The notes beneath the pieces are model-generated. The model searched no databases and was not told the origin of the DNA. It saw only the letters and a list, made by a program, of their open reading frames with translations. The position numbers were made by a program, and so were the translations under genes. Shown here in pieces: positions 20,121 to 30,113 of a stretch of 64,000 nt of DNA; within the stretch, counting starts at the first letter, position 1; each line of letters starts with the position of its first letter. This DNA comes from an uncultured Bacilli bacterium (GTDB lineage Bacteria; Bacillota_I; Bacilli_A; RF39; UBA660), in assembly GCA_944363885.1 (NCBI GenBank), contig CALVVO010000002.1, positions 9,632 to 73,631 on the forward strand, given 5' to 3'.

Positions 20121-20447
20121 TTATTTTTCAATTATTCCAAGTATATCTTTAATAGGTATAACTTTATTATCAATTGTTAAAACACCATCATTAGTTTTAG
20201 CAATCAAAGTTTCCTCCCTCTTTCCATCCTTCAAAGTCAAAATAACATTAACCTTATACACAAAATTAGGAGAATTAAAAATATCATTTATTTTTTTTTG
20301 AACCAATAAATTATTAACAGCACTAGAACTATCTAACGTTTTAGAAACACTTTTACCCTTTTTAGAATAAAAAACTTCTTCATTATTAACACTTTTACTA
20401 CTTATTTTATTAACATAAACTTTAGGCAGTTTATTCATATCAATCAC
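20121..20447 (-). CDS. hypothetical protein
   Basis: 108-aa basic, serine-rich ORF. Confidence 0.35.
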   Translation of the reverse strand: MIDMNKLPKVYVNKISSKSVNNEEVFYSKKGKSVSKTLDSSSAVNNLLVQKKINDIFNSPNFVYKVNVILTLKDGKREETLIAKTNDGVLTIDNKVIPIKDILGIIEK

Positions 20448-20513
20448 CTATGTTATTTTATGAAAAACATAAAAAATAGTTCTAAATAACACAAACATGT
20501 AAATACTAATACT

Positions 20514-21641
20514 ATGAAAACAAAAAATTACAACATACTAATAATAACATGTTTTTTATTTATGATTAGTATAGGTATACTATCTATTTATAGTGCTTCA
20601 GTACTCATTGGCACTTCTTACAGTAATCTATACATAAAACAAATAACATCAATAATAACTGGAATTATAATAATGATATTTCTAATAATAATTGGAAACG
20701 AAAAAATACTAAAATATTCTAAAGTAGCTTATATAACGTCAATATTTTTATTAACAATAACGTTATTCATAGGAAAAGAAATAAACGGATCAAAATGTTG
20801 GCTTACACTAGGAGGAATAACATTCCAACCTTCAGAATTTATGAAAATCTCATTAATATTATTACTAAGCGAAATAATAGAAAAATATCATTTTAAAAAC
20901 AAAAGAAACACAAAAGAAGAATTAAAACTAATTATAACAACACTAATAATAACTTTAATACCATCATTTCTAGTATTCATAGAGCCAGACACCGGTTCAG
21001 TAATAATGTACATTTTAATATGGTTAACACTATTATTCATAAGCCCACTTAGAAGCAGGTGGTTTATAATTTTACTAACATTTATAACACTAATATTTAC
21101 AACATTCATAATAACATATATATTTTACCAAGATACACTAATAAACATATTTGGTAGTTCAATCTTTTATAGAATAGATAGAATATTAAATTGGCAAATA
21201 AGTGAAGGAATGCAATTAGAAAACAGTTTAATAGCTATTGGTACCGGTGGATTTAAAGGAACAGGATTAACAAATACACCTATTTACATTCCAGAAGCAT
21301 ACTCAGACTTTATATTTCCAATATACGCGAACAACTTCGGACTTATTGGAGTAGCAACACTAATAAGCATAATAATAATATTTAATCTAATCAGTATAAA
21401 CAAAATAATAAACACATCAAAAACAGTTGAAAAATATTTAATAACCGGCGTTATAATAACACTAATATTTAGTCAAATACAAAACATAGGAATGACACTA
21501 GGACTATTACCAATAATGGGAATACCCTTACCATACATTAGTTACGGAGGAAGCAGCATAATAACTTATACAATATTTATAGCATTCATAATAAATACAA
21601 ACCGAAAAAAAAGTCATACTTTGTCTAAACAATTGAAGTAA
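20514..21641 (+). CDS. FtsW/RodA/SpoVE-family peptidoglycan glycosyltransferase (SEDS)
   Basis: 375-aa polytopic membrane protein with SEDS-family conservation (GSKCWLTLGGITFQPSEFMKI..., GTGGFKGTG). Confidence 0.8.
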   Translation: MKTKNYNILIITCFLFMISIGILSIYSASVLIGTSYSNLYIKQITSIITGIIIMIFLIIIGNEKILKYSKVAYITSIFLLTITLFIGKEINGSKCWLTLGGITFQPSEFMKISLILLLSEIIEKYHFKNKRNTKEELKLIITTLIITLIPSFLVFIEPDTGSVIMYILIWLTLLFISPLRSRWFIILLTFITLIFTTFIITYIFYQDTLINIFGSSIFYRIDRILNWQISEGMQLENSLIAIGTGGFKGTGLTNTPIYIPEAYSDFIFPIYANNFGLIGVATLISIIIIFNLISINKIINTSKTVEKYLITGVIITLIFSQIQNIGMTLGLLPIMGIPLPYISYGGSSIITYTIFIAFIINTNRKKSHTLSKQLK

Positions 21642-21667
21642 AATATCTAGCGTAATATAATAAAAAC

Positions 21668-22213
21668 ATGAAAAAAATAATAACAATATCATTTGCAATA
21701 TTTTCTTTAATTATAATACCAATTCATTTTATAAACAAAATCAAAGAAATAGAAAAACAAAATACAATAACTAAATATTCATACACATACAATTACACAA
21801 GCGAAGGAATTAATTTTTATAAAACAAGTAATACAAGCACATTACTAAGTTATTACGAATGCGATGAGTGTGTATTACACAACATAAATACAAACATTTA
21901 CTTCAAAGATGGTGTAACAATAATAAAAGAAAATGATGCCTTAATAACATTTGACTTTGTAAACAACAAAACACTAAACACAAAAAAATACGAAAACAAA
22001 ACATACGACTACATAAAAACATACGATGACTTTTTACTCGTTATAGAAAATGAATCTTTAAAGCTGATAGATTATAAAGAAGACGAACTATTAATAATTG
22101 ACAAAATAACCGAATACACCAATATTACAAGCAAATTAAAAAACAATTTATTAACAGTAAAAACAAACAATAAAACATACAACATCAATACACTGACATA
22201 CGAATTAACATAA
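21668..22213 (+). CDS. hypothetical secreted protein
   Basis: 181 aa with an N-terminal signal/TM segment. Asn/Thr/Tyr-rich. Confidence 0.4.
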   Translation: MKKIITISFAIFSLIIIPIHFINKIKEIEKQNTITKYSYTYNYTSEGINFYKTSNTSTLLSYYECDECVLHNINTNIYFKDGVTIIKENDALITFDFVNNKTLNTKKYENKTYDYIKTYDDFLLVIENESLKLIDYKEDELLIIDKITEYTNITSKLKNNLLTVKTNNKTYNINTLTYELT

Positions 22214-22258
22214 TTTGGAAATTGACTAAATAGTCTTTTTTTTATATACTAGTTATAG

Positions 22259-22272
22259 CGAACAAAAGTTGG
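22259..22272 (+). promoter_or_regulatory. candidate LexA (Cheo/SOS) box
   Basis: cgaacaaaagttgg matches CGAAC-N4-GTTCG at 13 of 14 positions. It lies immediately upstream of the Y-family polymerase start. Confidence 0.4.
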
Positions 22273-22280
22273 TGTTATAT

Positions 22281-23531
22281 ATGGAAGAAAGAAATATTAT
22301 TTGTATTGATTTAAAAAGTTTTTTTGCTTCAGTTGAATGCGTAAATCGAGGACTAGACCCTGATACTACCCCACTTGTAGTAACAGACATAACAAGAGGT
22401 GAAGGTGCGATTACACTAGCAGTAACCCCATATTTAAAAAAAATGGGAGTAAAATCAAGAGGCCGAATTTTTGAATTGCCAAAAAACATAAAAATCATAT
22501 ATGCAAAACCAAGAATGAAACTATACCTAGAAAAAAGCAAAGAAATAATTGAAATATATTTAAACTATGTAAGTAAAGATGACATGCACATTTATTCAAT
22601 TGACGAAGTATTTTTAGATGTAACAGATTATTTAAAACTTTATAAAATGACAGATTACGAACTAGCACTAAAAATAAAAGAAGACATATTTAATAAAACA
22701 AAAATAAAAAGCAGTGCAGGAATAGGCCCAAACTTATTTATGGCAAAAGTCGCAATGGACGTGGAATCAAAACACAATGAAAACGGAATAGCAAAATGGA
22801 CAAAAGAAGACATACAAACCAAATTATGGAATATAACACCACTTGATAAAGTATGGTCAATAGGAACAAAAACAATGAAAAAATTAAACTCATTAGGAAT
22901 ATATAAATTAGGAGACATCAATAAATATGACATAAATTTTTACAAAAAAAGATTTGGAATTTTAGGAGAAGACTTATATTTACACGCGAATGGTATTGAT
23001 TTCAGTAAAATAAGTGAAAAAGAAGAAATAAAAAACAAAAGTTATGGAATAAGTCAAATACTATACAAAGACTACAACATAGAAACAACAAAACTAATTA
23101 TAAAAGAAATGTGTTCTAAAATAGCAAAACGTTTAAGAGAAAACAAAAAAAATTGTATGTTATTATCATTTGGAATATCATATTCAAGGGTTATAGGAGG
23201 TGGTTTCCACCATTCAAAAAAACTTGATAGTGAAACAGATGATGAAGAAACACTATACAAAATATGTATAAGCATATATGAAAGCTATATAGAAGATTTA
23301 CCAATAAGAAAAATATCAATCGCAGTTGGAAAAATTTCAGACAAGTTATATAAACAACTAAACCTATTTGAAGAAAACGAAAAACAAGAAAATAACGAAA
23401 AACTTATAAAAGGATTAGACGAAATTGCAAAAAGATTTGGTGACAATGCAGTTTTAAGAGCATCAAGTTTATTAGATTATTCAACTATTAAGAAGAGAAA
23501 TAACACTTTAGCTGGGCATAATAAAGAATAA
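22281..23531 (+). CDS. Y-family DNA polymerase (DinB/UmuC/UvrX-like)
   Basis: MEERNIICIDLKSFFASVECV is the canonical Y-family N-terminus. The whole protein is colinear with that family. ATG at 22281 preferred over the TTG of the track ORF. Confidence 0.85.
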   Translation: MEERNIICIDLKSFFASVECVNRGLDPDTTPLVVTDITRGEGAITLAVTPYLKKMGVKSRGRIFELPKNIKIIYAKPRMKLYLEKSKEIIEIYLNYVSKDDMHIYSIDEVFLDVTDYLKLYKMTDYELALKIKEDIFNKTKIKSSAGIGPNLFMAKVAMDVESKHNENGIAKWTKEDIQTKLWNITPLDKVWSIGTKTMKKLNSLGIYKLGDINKYDINFYKKRFGILGEDLYLHANGIDFSKISEKEEIKNKSYGISQILYKDYNIETTKLIIKEMCSKIAKRLRENKKNCMLLSFGISYSRVIGGGFHHSKKLDSETDDEETLYKICISIYESYIEDLPIRKISIAVGKISDKLYKQLNLFEENEKQENNEKLIKGLDEIAKRFGDNAVLRASSLLDYSTIKKRNNTLAGHNKE

Positions 23532-23540
23532 GGTGATCTT

Positions 23541-23846
23541 ATGCGCAAAATGATTAAATGGAAACCATTTAACACAATTCCTGAAATGAGTAAAATAATA
23601 GATGAAATTGAAGAAAAGAAAACAAAACAACCTCTTCCAATAATGATGCAAGATTTAACAGAAAGCATAAATTACAATATAAAGGAAGCAATACACAATA
23701 ACACAAAAATTGAAATAAAATATTTTAAACAAGGATTTTTAAAATACGAATACGGATATATAGAAAAAATTGATACAAACAAAAAATATATCTTAATAGA
23801 CAATACAAAGATATATTTTAAATACATTATTAACGCAAAGATTTAA
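23541..23846 (+). CDS. YolD-like protein (accessory to Y-family polymerase)
   Basis: 101-aa ORF 10 nt downstream of the polymerase, the conserved position of yolD/yozL-type genes. Confidence 0.45.
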   Translation: MRKMIKWKPFNTIPEMSKIIDEIEEKKTKQPLPIMMQDLTESINYNIKEAIHNNTKIEIKYFKQGFLKYEYGYIEKIDTNKKYILIDNTKIYFKYIINAKI

Positions 23847-24282
23847 ATGACTTAGAAAAGCCATCATCTAACTTAAAATCATCCACAGATAATCCATCAG
23901 GAAATTCAATATTTTTCCACTTATTATATTCATCACTATTCCAAATTTCAGCATAATTTTTCATACCTATCCAAGTCACTACTGGAGTAACATTATTTTC
24001 TTTTACAAGACTTGAAGGTAACAAAATTCTTCTTTGAGCATCCATTTTGCAAGAGAATGTAGAAGAATAAATACCTCTTCCAAAATTTTCGCGAAGTTCC
24101 TTCATTTTCTTACTTAAAAAACTTTCAACCAAAACTTCAAAATTTTCTGGAGTACTAACTAATATAAATTCTTTTAAACTTGTTAAAAATAAAATTTCAG
24201 ACTGAAATTCACTAGCAAAAGCACTAGGAACAAATAATCTATTTTTTGAATCTAATTTACTATCATATTTTCCCAATATCAC
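23830..24282 (-). CDS. MraZ-family transcriptional regulator (orphan paralogue)
   Basis: Two DxxxR repeats typical of MraZ (LDSKNRLFVP and MDAQRRILLP). GTG start at 24282 follows an AAGGGGG RBS. Not adjacent to a dcw cluster. Confidence 0.6.
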   Translation of the reverse strand: MILGKYDSKLDSKNRLFVPSAFASEFQSEILFLTSLKEFILVSTPENFEVLVESFLSKKMKELRENFGRGIYSSTFSCKMDAQRRILLPSSLVKENNVTPVVTWIGMKNYAEIWNSDEYNKWKNIEFPDGLSVDDFKLDDGFSKSFKSLR

Positions 24283-24310
24283 AATAAAAAACCCCCTTTT
24301 TTTACAACAA

Positions 24311-24339
24311 AAGTATAACACAATTGACTAAATATGTCA
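24311..24339 (-). promoter_or_regulatory. sigma-A-like promoter for the mraZ-like gene
   Basis: On the minus strand: TTGACA, 17 nt, TATACT. The -35 element lies inside the palindrome ttgacatatttagtcaa. Confidence 0.4.
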
Positions 24340-24429
24340 AAAAAGTGTAAACTAAAAAAATATCTTGCATTATATAAAAATACAAAATATAATTACATTG
24401 AAAGAATATTAGGTAAAGGAGGATAAAAA

Positions 24430-24888
24430 ATGAAAAAATATCTAATAATTTTACTGACTTTTGGAATGCTTTTTGTAACTGGATGTGGAAATAGTTCTGG
24501 AACACTTACTTGCACAAAAACAGAAATGAGCGAAGATGGGTATAGTACCAATACTACTATGGTGGTAACTTATGCAGACAAAATAGTTACTAAAGTCGAA
24601 CAAACTAGTATCGAAGAAATGGAAGCAGATTTTGTTGATACATCTATTTATTTTAGTCAATTACTAGCAGAATCATTAAATGAAGTAGATGGTTATAACA
24701 TAACATTTGAAAAAGAAAATGACATGGCCGTTAGAATTGTAACTACAATTGATTATACTGTATTAGATAGTGAAAAAATAAAAGAAACACTTGGAAGTTC
24801 ATACAAAGAAGACGCTTTATACTCACTTTCAAATATCACTATAGAAGATTTTAAAGAAACTCAACTAGACGGATATACTTGCAAATAA
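24430..24888 (+). CDS. lipoprotein
   Basis: AAAGGAGG RBS. N-terminal signal peptide with an LFVTGC lipobox. Confidence 0.6.
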   Translation: MKKYLIILLTFGMLFVTGCGNSSGTLTCTKTEMSEDGYSTNTTMVVTYADKIVTKVEQTSIEEMEADFVDTSIYFSQLLAESLNEVDGYNITFEKENDMAVRIVTTIDYTVLDSEKIKETLGSSYKEDALYSLSNITIEDFKETQLDGYTCK

Positions 24889-24893
24889 AAATT

Positions 24894-24920
24894 TAAACGA
24901 CTTAATAAAAGTCGTTTTTA
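24894..24920 (+). terminator. rho-independent terminator
   Basis: Stem aaacgac / gtcgttt with loop ttaataaaa, followed by TTTT. Confidence 0.5.
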
Positions 24921-25047
24921 TGTGCTTAAAAATATATTTATATTTAAACTAATACGAGATAAATTTAAGTAATTTTAAGTAATTTTTAAGTAATTTGAAA
25001 CATTCAACAATGAAAAAAGCCCATAAATACGGGCTTTGCGGTCATTT

Positions 25048-25124
25048 TGGTGGAGAATGTGGGACTTGAACCCGCGACCCCCTGCGTGCAAGGCAGGTGC
25101 TCTAGCCAACTGAGCTAATTCCCC
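25048..25124 (-). tRNA. tRNA-Ala(TGC)
   Basis: 77-nt cloverleaf on the minus strand with a G3:U70 identity pair, TGC anticodon and an encoded CCA. Confidence 0.9.
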
Positions 25125-25186
25125 AAAATGGTAGGCACTTGATATTAATCAAGCATAAAGAGTGTACCATATTATAAACGAGTATG

Positions 25187-26137
25187 TCAAGACTTTTCTG
25201 AAAGTAAATAAGAAAAAATAGCTAAACTTAACTTTAAAGAATCATGCCTAATCATATTATTTTGAATTTGAAAAAAATTGGAAGCTATTACTTTAGTATT
25301 ATTTAAATTTTCAAAATCAACAATAACTTGATCTTTTTGCTCTTCGTTTGCATATTTATTTAGTAGTTTTTTAGGAATATTTTTATTATTAACCAAAACA
25401 GTATGAATTTTCTTTTCACCTAAATAACTATTTAATAACCTAACATGATCACTTACTTTAAATCCATCTGTCTCCCCTGGCTGTGTCATAATATTACAAA
25501 CATATATTATGTTCGCACTTGATTTATCGATTTCATCTATAACACTTTTGCATATAAGATTTGGAATTATGCTTGTGAAAACACTACCCATACTTAATAT
25601 TATTAAATTAGCTTCTTTTATAGCTTTAAGTGCCAAAGAATTTATTTCAGGAGTATCTTTATAAAATACTTCTTTTATTTTTTTATCACACTCAGTAATG
25701 TTATGTTCCCCTTCAACTATTGTATCATCACACATTCTTCCCATCAAAGTAACATTATCTTCTGTTAACGGAACAACTTTACCTCTTAAATTTAAAACTT
25801 TAGATAAAGCTTCTATTCCATCACTCATATTACCTGTAATATTGGACGCAGCAGTTAAAAGTAAATTTCCAACCGTATGTCCATTCAAATCACTTGTAGT
25901 ATTAAATCTATAATTAAGTAACTTTTCTACTAATGGTTCCGTTTCCGACAAAGCCACCAAAACTTGTCTAACATCTCCAACAGCAGGTATATTAAACTCA
26001 TCCCTTAATCTCCCAGTACTTCTCCCATCATCACTAACAGAAACAATTGCAGTAATATCAACAGGGAACATTTTTAAACCTTTTAATAATGTTGATAATC
26101 CTGTTCCACCACCTAAAACAACAACTTTTTTATTCAT
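25187..26137 (-). CDS. YvcK/UPF0052-family gluconeogenesis factor (CofD-like)
   Basis: 316 aa. MNKKVVVLGGGTGLSTLLKGLK N-terminus is diagnostic of the YvcK family. Confidence 0.8.
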   Translation of the reverse strand: MNKKVVVLGGGTGLSTLLKGLKMFPVDITAIVSVSDDGRSTGRLRDEFNIPAVGDVRQVLVALSETEPLVEKLLNYRFNTTSDLNGHTVGNLLLTAASNITGNMSDGIEALSKVLNLRGKVVPLTEDNVTLMGRMCDDTIVEGEHNITECDKKIKEVFYKDTPEINSLALKAIKEANLIILSMGSVFTSIIPNLICKSVIDEIDKSSANIIYVCNIMTQPGETDGFKVSDHVRLLNSYLGEKKIHTVLVNNKNIPKKLLNKYANEEQKDQVIVDFENLNNTKVIASNFFQIQNNMIRHDSLKLSLAIFSYLLSEKS

Positions 26138-26146
26138 AAATCCCCT

Positions 26147-27094
26147 TTATTTAACATAATATTCATAATATTCGTCAAAAGTTAAACCTTTATCATGTAT
26201 TTGAAGAGCTGCATTTCTTCCAACATACCTAAATCTCCAATTATTAGCATCAAATCCAGTAATATCCTCTTTACCCTCTTCATATCTCAATATAAATCCA
26301 TATTTATATGCATTATTTATTAACCACTTATGTTCGGCACTTTGAGTTACATCTTCAACATTTTTGTTATAGGGTTCAATATCAACCCCAAGACCCGTTT
26401 GATATTCAGAATGTCCTGGTCTAGCAACAAATTCATCTGCTTCCCTAGTACTATACGAACTCTTATAATTATTATATGTTTCTTCTTGTTCTGCATAACT
26501 TCTATAACCTTGGCTTACTACTAAAGTAAAACCATTACCTCTAGCAGCATCAAGTAATCCAACTAGATCATCATATATTGCACTACTAACATATTTATTT
26601 GCATAAGCATAAGTACTAGAAACAAGTACTAGTTCAGGTTCATAATCACTTGGTAAACCATAAAACTTATTAACAATCATTAAATTGCCTTTCGACGTAT
26701 CAGTTTCTTTAACATTTTCATACCAATCTTTATCTGCTCCAACATTGACAATAGCTATAACTTTTTGAATAGGCACATCTTTGTTTTCATTACTATAAGT
26801 AATGTAATCTTCTAACTTATCAAAATCAAAATATTCTTCTTTAACTAAATCAACATATTTTTCATCATACTCTTTACCTAAAAGTTTATCTAACTGAGAA
26901 TTATCTAACATTTCTTTAAGTACAATTATTTCTTCAGCACTATATCCAATTTGTCCAAACTTATATTCATAAGTTTCTTTTTCTCTCTTATCGTCCATAT
27001 ATCGTCTAAAACTAAATATAATTATTAAAATTATTACTAAAAATAGTCCTATAACTATTCCTAATTTTTTAACATTTAACTTTTTAACGGTCAT
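26147..27094 (-). CDS. D-alanyl-D-alanine carboxypeptidase, VanY/peptidase M15 family, membrane-anchored
   Basis: N-terminal TM, then an M15B signature (SQGYRSYAEQ...ARPGHSEYQTGLGVDI). Start at MTVKK, preceded by an AAGGAG RBS. Confidence 0.75.
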   Translation of the reverse strand: MTVKKLNVKKLGIVIGLFLVIILIIIFSFRRYMDDKREKETYEYKFGQIGYSAEEIIVLKEMLDNSQLDKLLGKEYDEKYVDLVKEEYFDFDKLEDYITYSNENKDVPIQKVIAIVNVGADKDWYENVKETDTSKGNLMIVNKFYGLPSDYEPELVLVSSTYAYANKYVSSAIYDDLVGLLDAARGNGFTLVVSQGYRSYAEQEETYNNYKSSYSTREADEFVARPGHSEYQTGLGVDIEPYNKNVEDVTQSAEHKWLINNAYKYGFILRYEEGKEDITGFDANNWRFRYVGRNAALQIHDKGLTFDEYYEYYVK

Positions 27095-27173
27095 ATCATT
27101 TCTCCTTATTATCAATTATAACAAAGTTTCATTTTTTTAACAATATAATGTATAATTATATCGGTGATATATT

Positions 27174-28010
27174 ATGACAAATTTAATAAGTGGCATTAAA
27201 TGTAGAGACGAGCTCAAAAAAAATTTATCTAAAAGGATCAAAAAAATAAAAGAAAAACTAACTTTAACAGTTATAAGTGTCGGAGATGATGAAGCAAGTA
27301 AAATATATATAAAAAATAAAATAAAAGAGTGTCAAAGTGTAAACATAGAATGTAACCATTTACATTTTGAAAATATAACAACTAATAAACTAGTGAAAAT
27401 AATAAAAAAATTAAATAAAGATTCAAGCGTTACGAGTATTTTAGTACAACTACCTTTACCAAAAAACATTGATGAAAATATAATCATTAACACAATTGAT
27501 TATAAAAAAGATGTAGATGGACTTACTGATATAAATATTGCAAAACTTTATTCAAATAAAAAAGGAATAATACCATGTACAGCAAAAGGAATTATAGATT
27601 TACTAGAATTTAGTAAAATAAATATTGAAGAAAAAAACGTTACAATAATCGGAAGAAGTAATTTAGTTGGAAAACCACTTGCAGTTTCTTTACTTAATAA
27701 AAACGCGACAGTAACATTGTGTCACTCTAAAACAAAAAATTTAAAAATTCATACAAAATCTGCAGACATAATAATAGTTGCTGTAGGTAAGCCTGGTTTA
27801 ATTAATCAAAAAATGGTTTCAAAAGATACTATAATAATAGATGTTGGAATAAATAGAATAAATGGCAAAATCTGCGGTGATGCTGATAAGTCAGTTTACA
27901 AAAAATGTAAAGCTGTAACACCAGTCCCTGGAGGTGTAGGGCCTATGACAGTTTATGAAGTTTTGTCTAACACTTTAGAATGTTATAAATTACAAAAAGA
28001 CAAGAAATAA
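27174..28010 (+). CDS. folD: bifunctional methylenetetrahydrofolate dehydrogenase/cyclohydrolase
   Basis: 278 aa with the FolD pattern (VQLPLP, GRSNLVGKPLA, PVPGGVGPMT). Confidence 0.9.
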   Translation: MTNLISGIKCRDELKKNLSKRIKKIKEKLTLTVISVGDDEASKIYIKNKIKECQSVNIECNHLHFENITTNKLVKIIKKLNKDSSVTSILVQLPLPKNIDENIIINTIDYKKDVDGLTDINIAKLYSNKKGIIPCTAKGIIDLLEFSKINIEEKNVTIIGRSNLVGKPLAVSLLNKNATVTLCHSKTKNLKIHTKSADIIIVAVGKPGLINQKMVSKDTIIIDVGINRINGKICGDADKSVYKKCKAVTPVPGGVGPMTVYEVLSNTLECYKLQKDKK

Positions 28011-28025
28011 AAATTTTCTTGTCTT

Positions 28026-29771
28026 TTAAATATTTCTAGTTTTATCTTTAATTGCAGCTAAAACTAACTTAGTAAATTCATCAAAAGCAATATTTTCAGT
28101 TTCATTTACCCCATATTTACGAACATTAACAAAATTACTTTCTTTTTCATTGTCGCCTAGAACTAAAGTAATTGGAATTTTTTTTGTTTGACTTTCTCTC
28201 ATTTTATATCCAAGTTTTTCATCCCTATCATCTACTTCAGCTCTTAAACCCAAATCTAACAATTTATTTTTTATAGATAAAGCATAATCTAAATGATAAG
28301 TATTATTAACAGGAATAATATTTATTTGTACAGGGCTTAGCCATAAAGGAAATGCACCAGCATAATGTTCAATTAAAATTCCAATAAATCTTTCAATAGA
28401 TCCATAAATAACCCTATGAAGCATAATTGGTTCGCGCTTTTCACCATGTTCATCTATATAGAATAATTCAAATCTTTTCGGCAATTGCATATCCAATTGA
28501 ATTGTTCCACATTGCCATGGTCTGCCTAAAGAATCATACACTTTAAAATCCAATTTAGGGCCATAAAAAGCTCCATCACCAGGATTTAATTTATATTCTT
28601 TTCCGGCATTCAAAACAGCATTTTTTAAAGCTTCTTCAGCCTTATCCCAAACACTAATTTCCCCAATAAACTTATCAAGTGGTCTAGTACTAAGTTCAAT
28701 AGAATAACTAAGACCAAAAACAGCATACATTCTATCAATAAACTTAATTAAATTAATTACTTCGCTTTCAATATCTTCTTCTCTCATAAATATATGGGCA
28801 TCATCTTGAGTAAAAGTTCTAACCCTAAATAGTCCACTTAATGCCCCACTCGCTTCATGTCTATGTACAAGCCCTAACTCACCTATTCTAAGTGGTAAAT
28901 CTCTATAAGAATGCAAACTATTTTTATAAACTAACATTCCACCAGGGCAATTCATAGGTTTAATAGCAAATTCCCTACCATCAATTTCACTAGTATACAT
29001 ATTATCTTTATAATTTGCCCAGTGTCCACTTAACTCCCATAGTTCCTTACTTAACATAGTCGGAGTTTTAATAAATTTATAATTTTCTTTCGTATGTTCC
29101 TCATACCAAAAATTTTCAAGAATATTTCTAATTATCATGCCATTTGGCAACCAAAAAGGAAAACCAGGACCAAAATCACTAATCATAAATAAATCAAGTT
29201 CTTTTCCTAATTTTCTATGATCGCGTTTTTTAGCTTCTTCTAAGAAATTCATATATTCATTTAATTTTTCCTCTGTATCAAAACATATACCATAAATTCT
29301 TTGAAGCATCTTATTATTTGCATCATTTTTCCAATAAGCGCCACTTACTTTAAGAAGCTTAAAATATTTAATTTCTTTAACAGATTCAACATGAGGCCCA
29401 CGACATAAATCAGTAAAATCACCTTGAGTATACATACTAATAATAGTATTATTTTCATCCATTCTACTTATTAAATCAATTTTATACGGATCATCTTTAA
29501 ATTTTTTTAAAGCTTCACTTTTTGAAATTTCTTCCCTATATATCCTTTTTCCATCTTTAGAAATCTTCTTCATTTCCTTTTCAATTTTATCTAAATCTTC
29601 TTCTTTTACTACATTATCACCCAAATCAATATCATAGTAAAAGCCATCTTCAATAACTGGGCCAACCCAAAACTTAGCATTAGGATATAAATGCTTAACA
29701 GCCTGAGCCAACAAATGTGCACAACTATGATTCAAAATACTTAACTTTTCATCTTCTTTAATATTAATCAT
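28026..29771 (-). CDS. thrS: threonyl-tRNA synthetase
   Basis: Class II aaRS motifs and a zinc site (HSCAHLL, CRGPH, FRVRTFTQDDAHIF). Start at MINIKE follows a GGAGGG RBS; the longer ORF in the track runs into the leader terminator. Confidence 0.9.
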   Translation of the reverse strand: MINIKEDEKLSILNHSCAHLLAQAVKHLYPNAKFWVGPVIEDGFYYDIDLGDNVVKEEDLDKIEKEMKKISKDGKRIYREEISKSEALKKFKDDPYKIDLISRMDENNTIISMYTQGDFTDLCRGPHVESVKEIKYFKLLKVSGAYWKNDANNKMLQRIYGICFDTEEKLNEYMNFLEEAKKRDHRKLGKELDLFMISDFGPGFPFWLPNGMIIRNILENFWYEEHTKENYKFIKTPTMLSKELWELSGHWANYKDNMYTSEIDGREFAIKPMNCPGGMLVYKNSLHSYRDLPLRIGELGLVHRHEASGALSGLFRVRTFTQDDAHIFMREEDIESEVINLIKFIDRMYAVFGLSYSIELSTRPLDKFIGEISVWDKAEEALKNAVLNAGKEYKLNPGDGAFYGPKLDFKVYDSLGRPWQCGTIQLDMQLPKRFELFYIDEHGEKREPIMLHRVIYGSIERFIGILIEHYAGAFPLWLSPVQINIIPVNNTYHLDYALSIKNKLLDLGLRAEVDDRDEKLGYKMRESQTKKIPITLVLGDNEKESNFVNVRKYGVNETENIAFDEFTKLVLAAIKDKTRNI

Positions 29772-30035
29772 AACACCCTCCAAAATAAAAAGGACAGTAC
29801 AAGGAGTGCAAAGCACGGTACCATCCTTAATTTAACTTAATTATTATAACGGAAATATTCCGGAACTTCTTTCGAAGTCAGTTCATAGGTAGTAATTAAA
29901 AATTTATCTTACTTGTCTCTCACCATCACAAGTTCGCTACATAGAATCAACAATTAACCATGTCCTAATCAAAACATTTATGCATAAATAATACCACAAA
30001 AGAACAATTATGTCTATACAAAAACCATTTAAATA
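29772..30035 (-). promoter_or_regulatory. T-box riboswitch leader of thrS
   Basis: On the minus strand AAATTAAGGATGGTACCGTG matches the T-box consensus AATTAGGGTGGTACCGCG at 15 of 18 positions. It is followed by a 9-bp terminator stem (GGATGGTAC / GTACTGTCC) and TTTTTATTTT. Upstream stem I contains GAGAGA and a candidate ACU specifier. Confidence 0.6.
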
Positions 30036-30113
30036 TCGTGAAATTTAGCATTAACTATAGAATTAGCAAAACATTATTATAGTTATAAAAATACTTTTAA
30101 TTAATTAGAACGG

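Noticed and set aside
22253-22540. 95-aa minus-strand ORF overlapping the Y-family polymerase start
   Set aside because: It is antisense to the strongly conserved N-terminus of the polymerase, with no RBS. Spurious.
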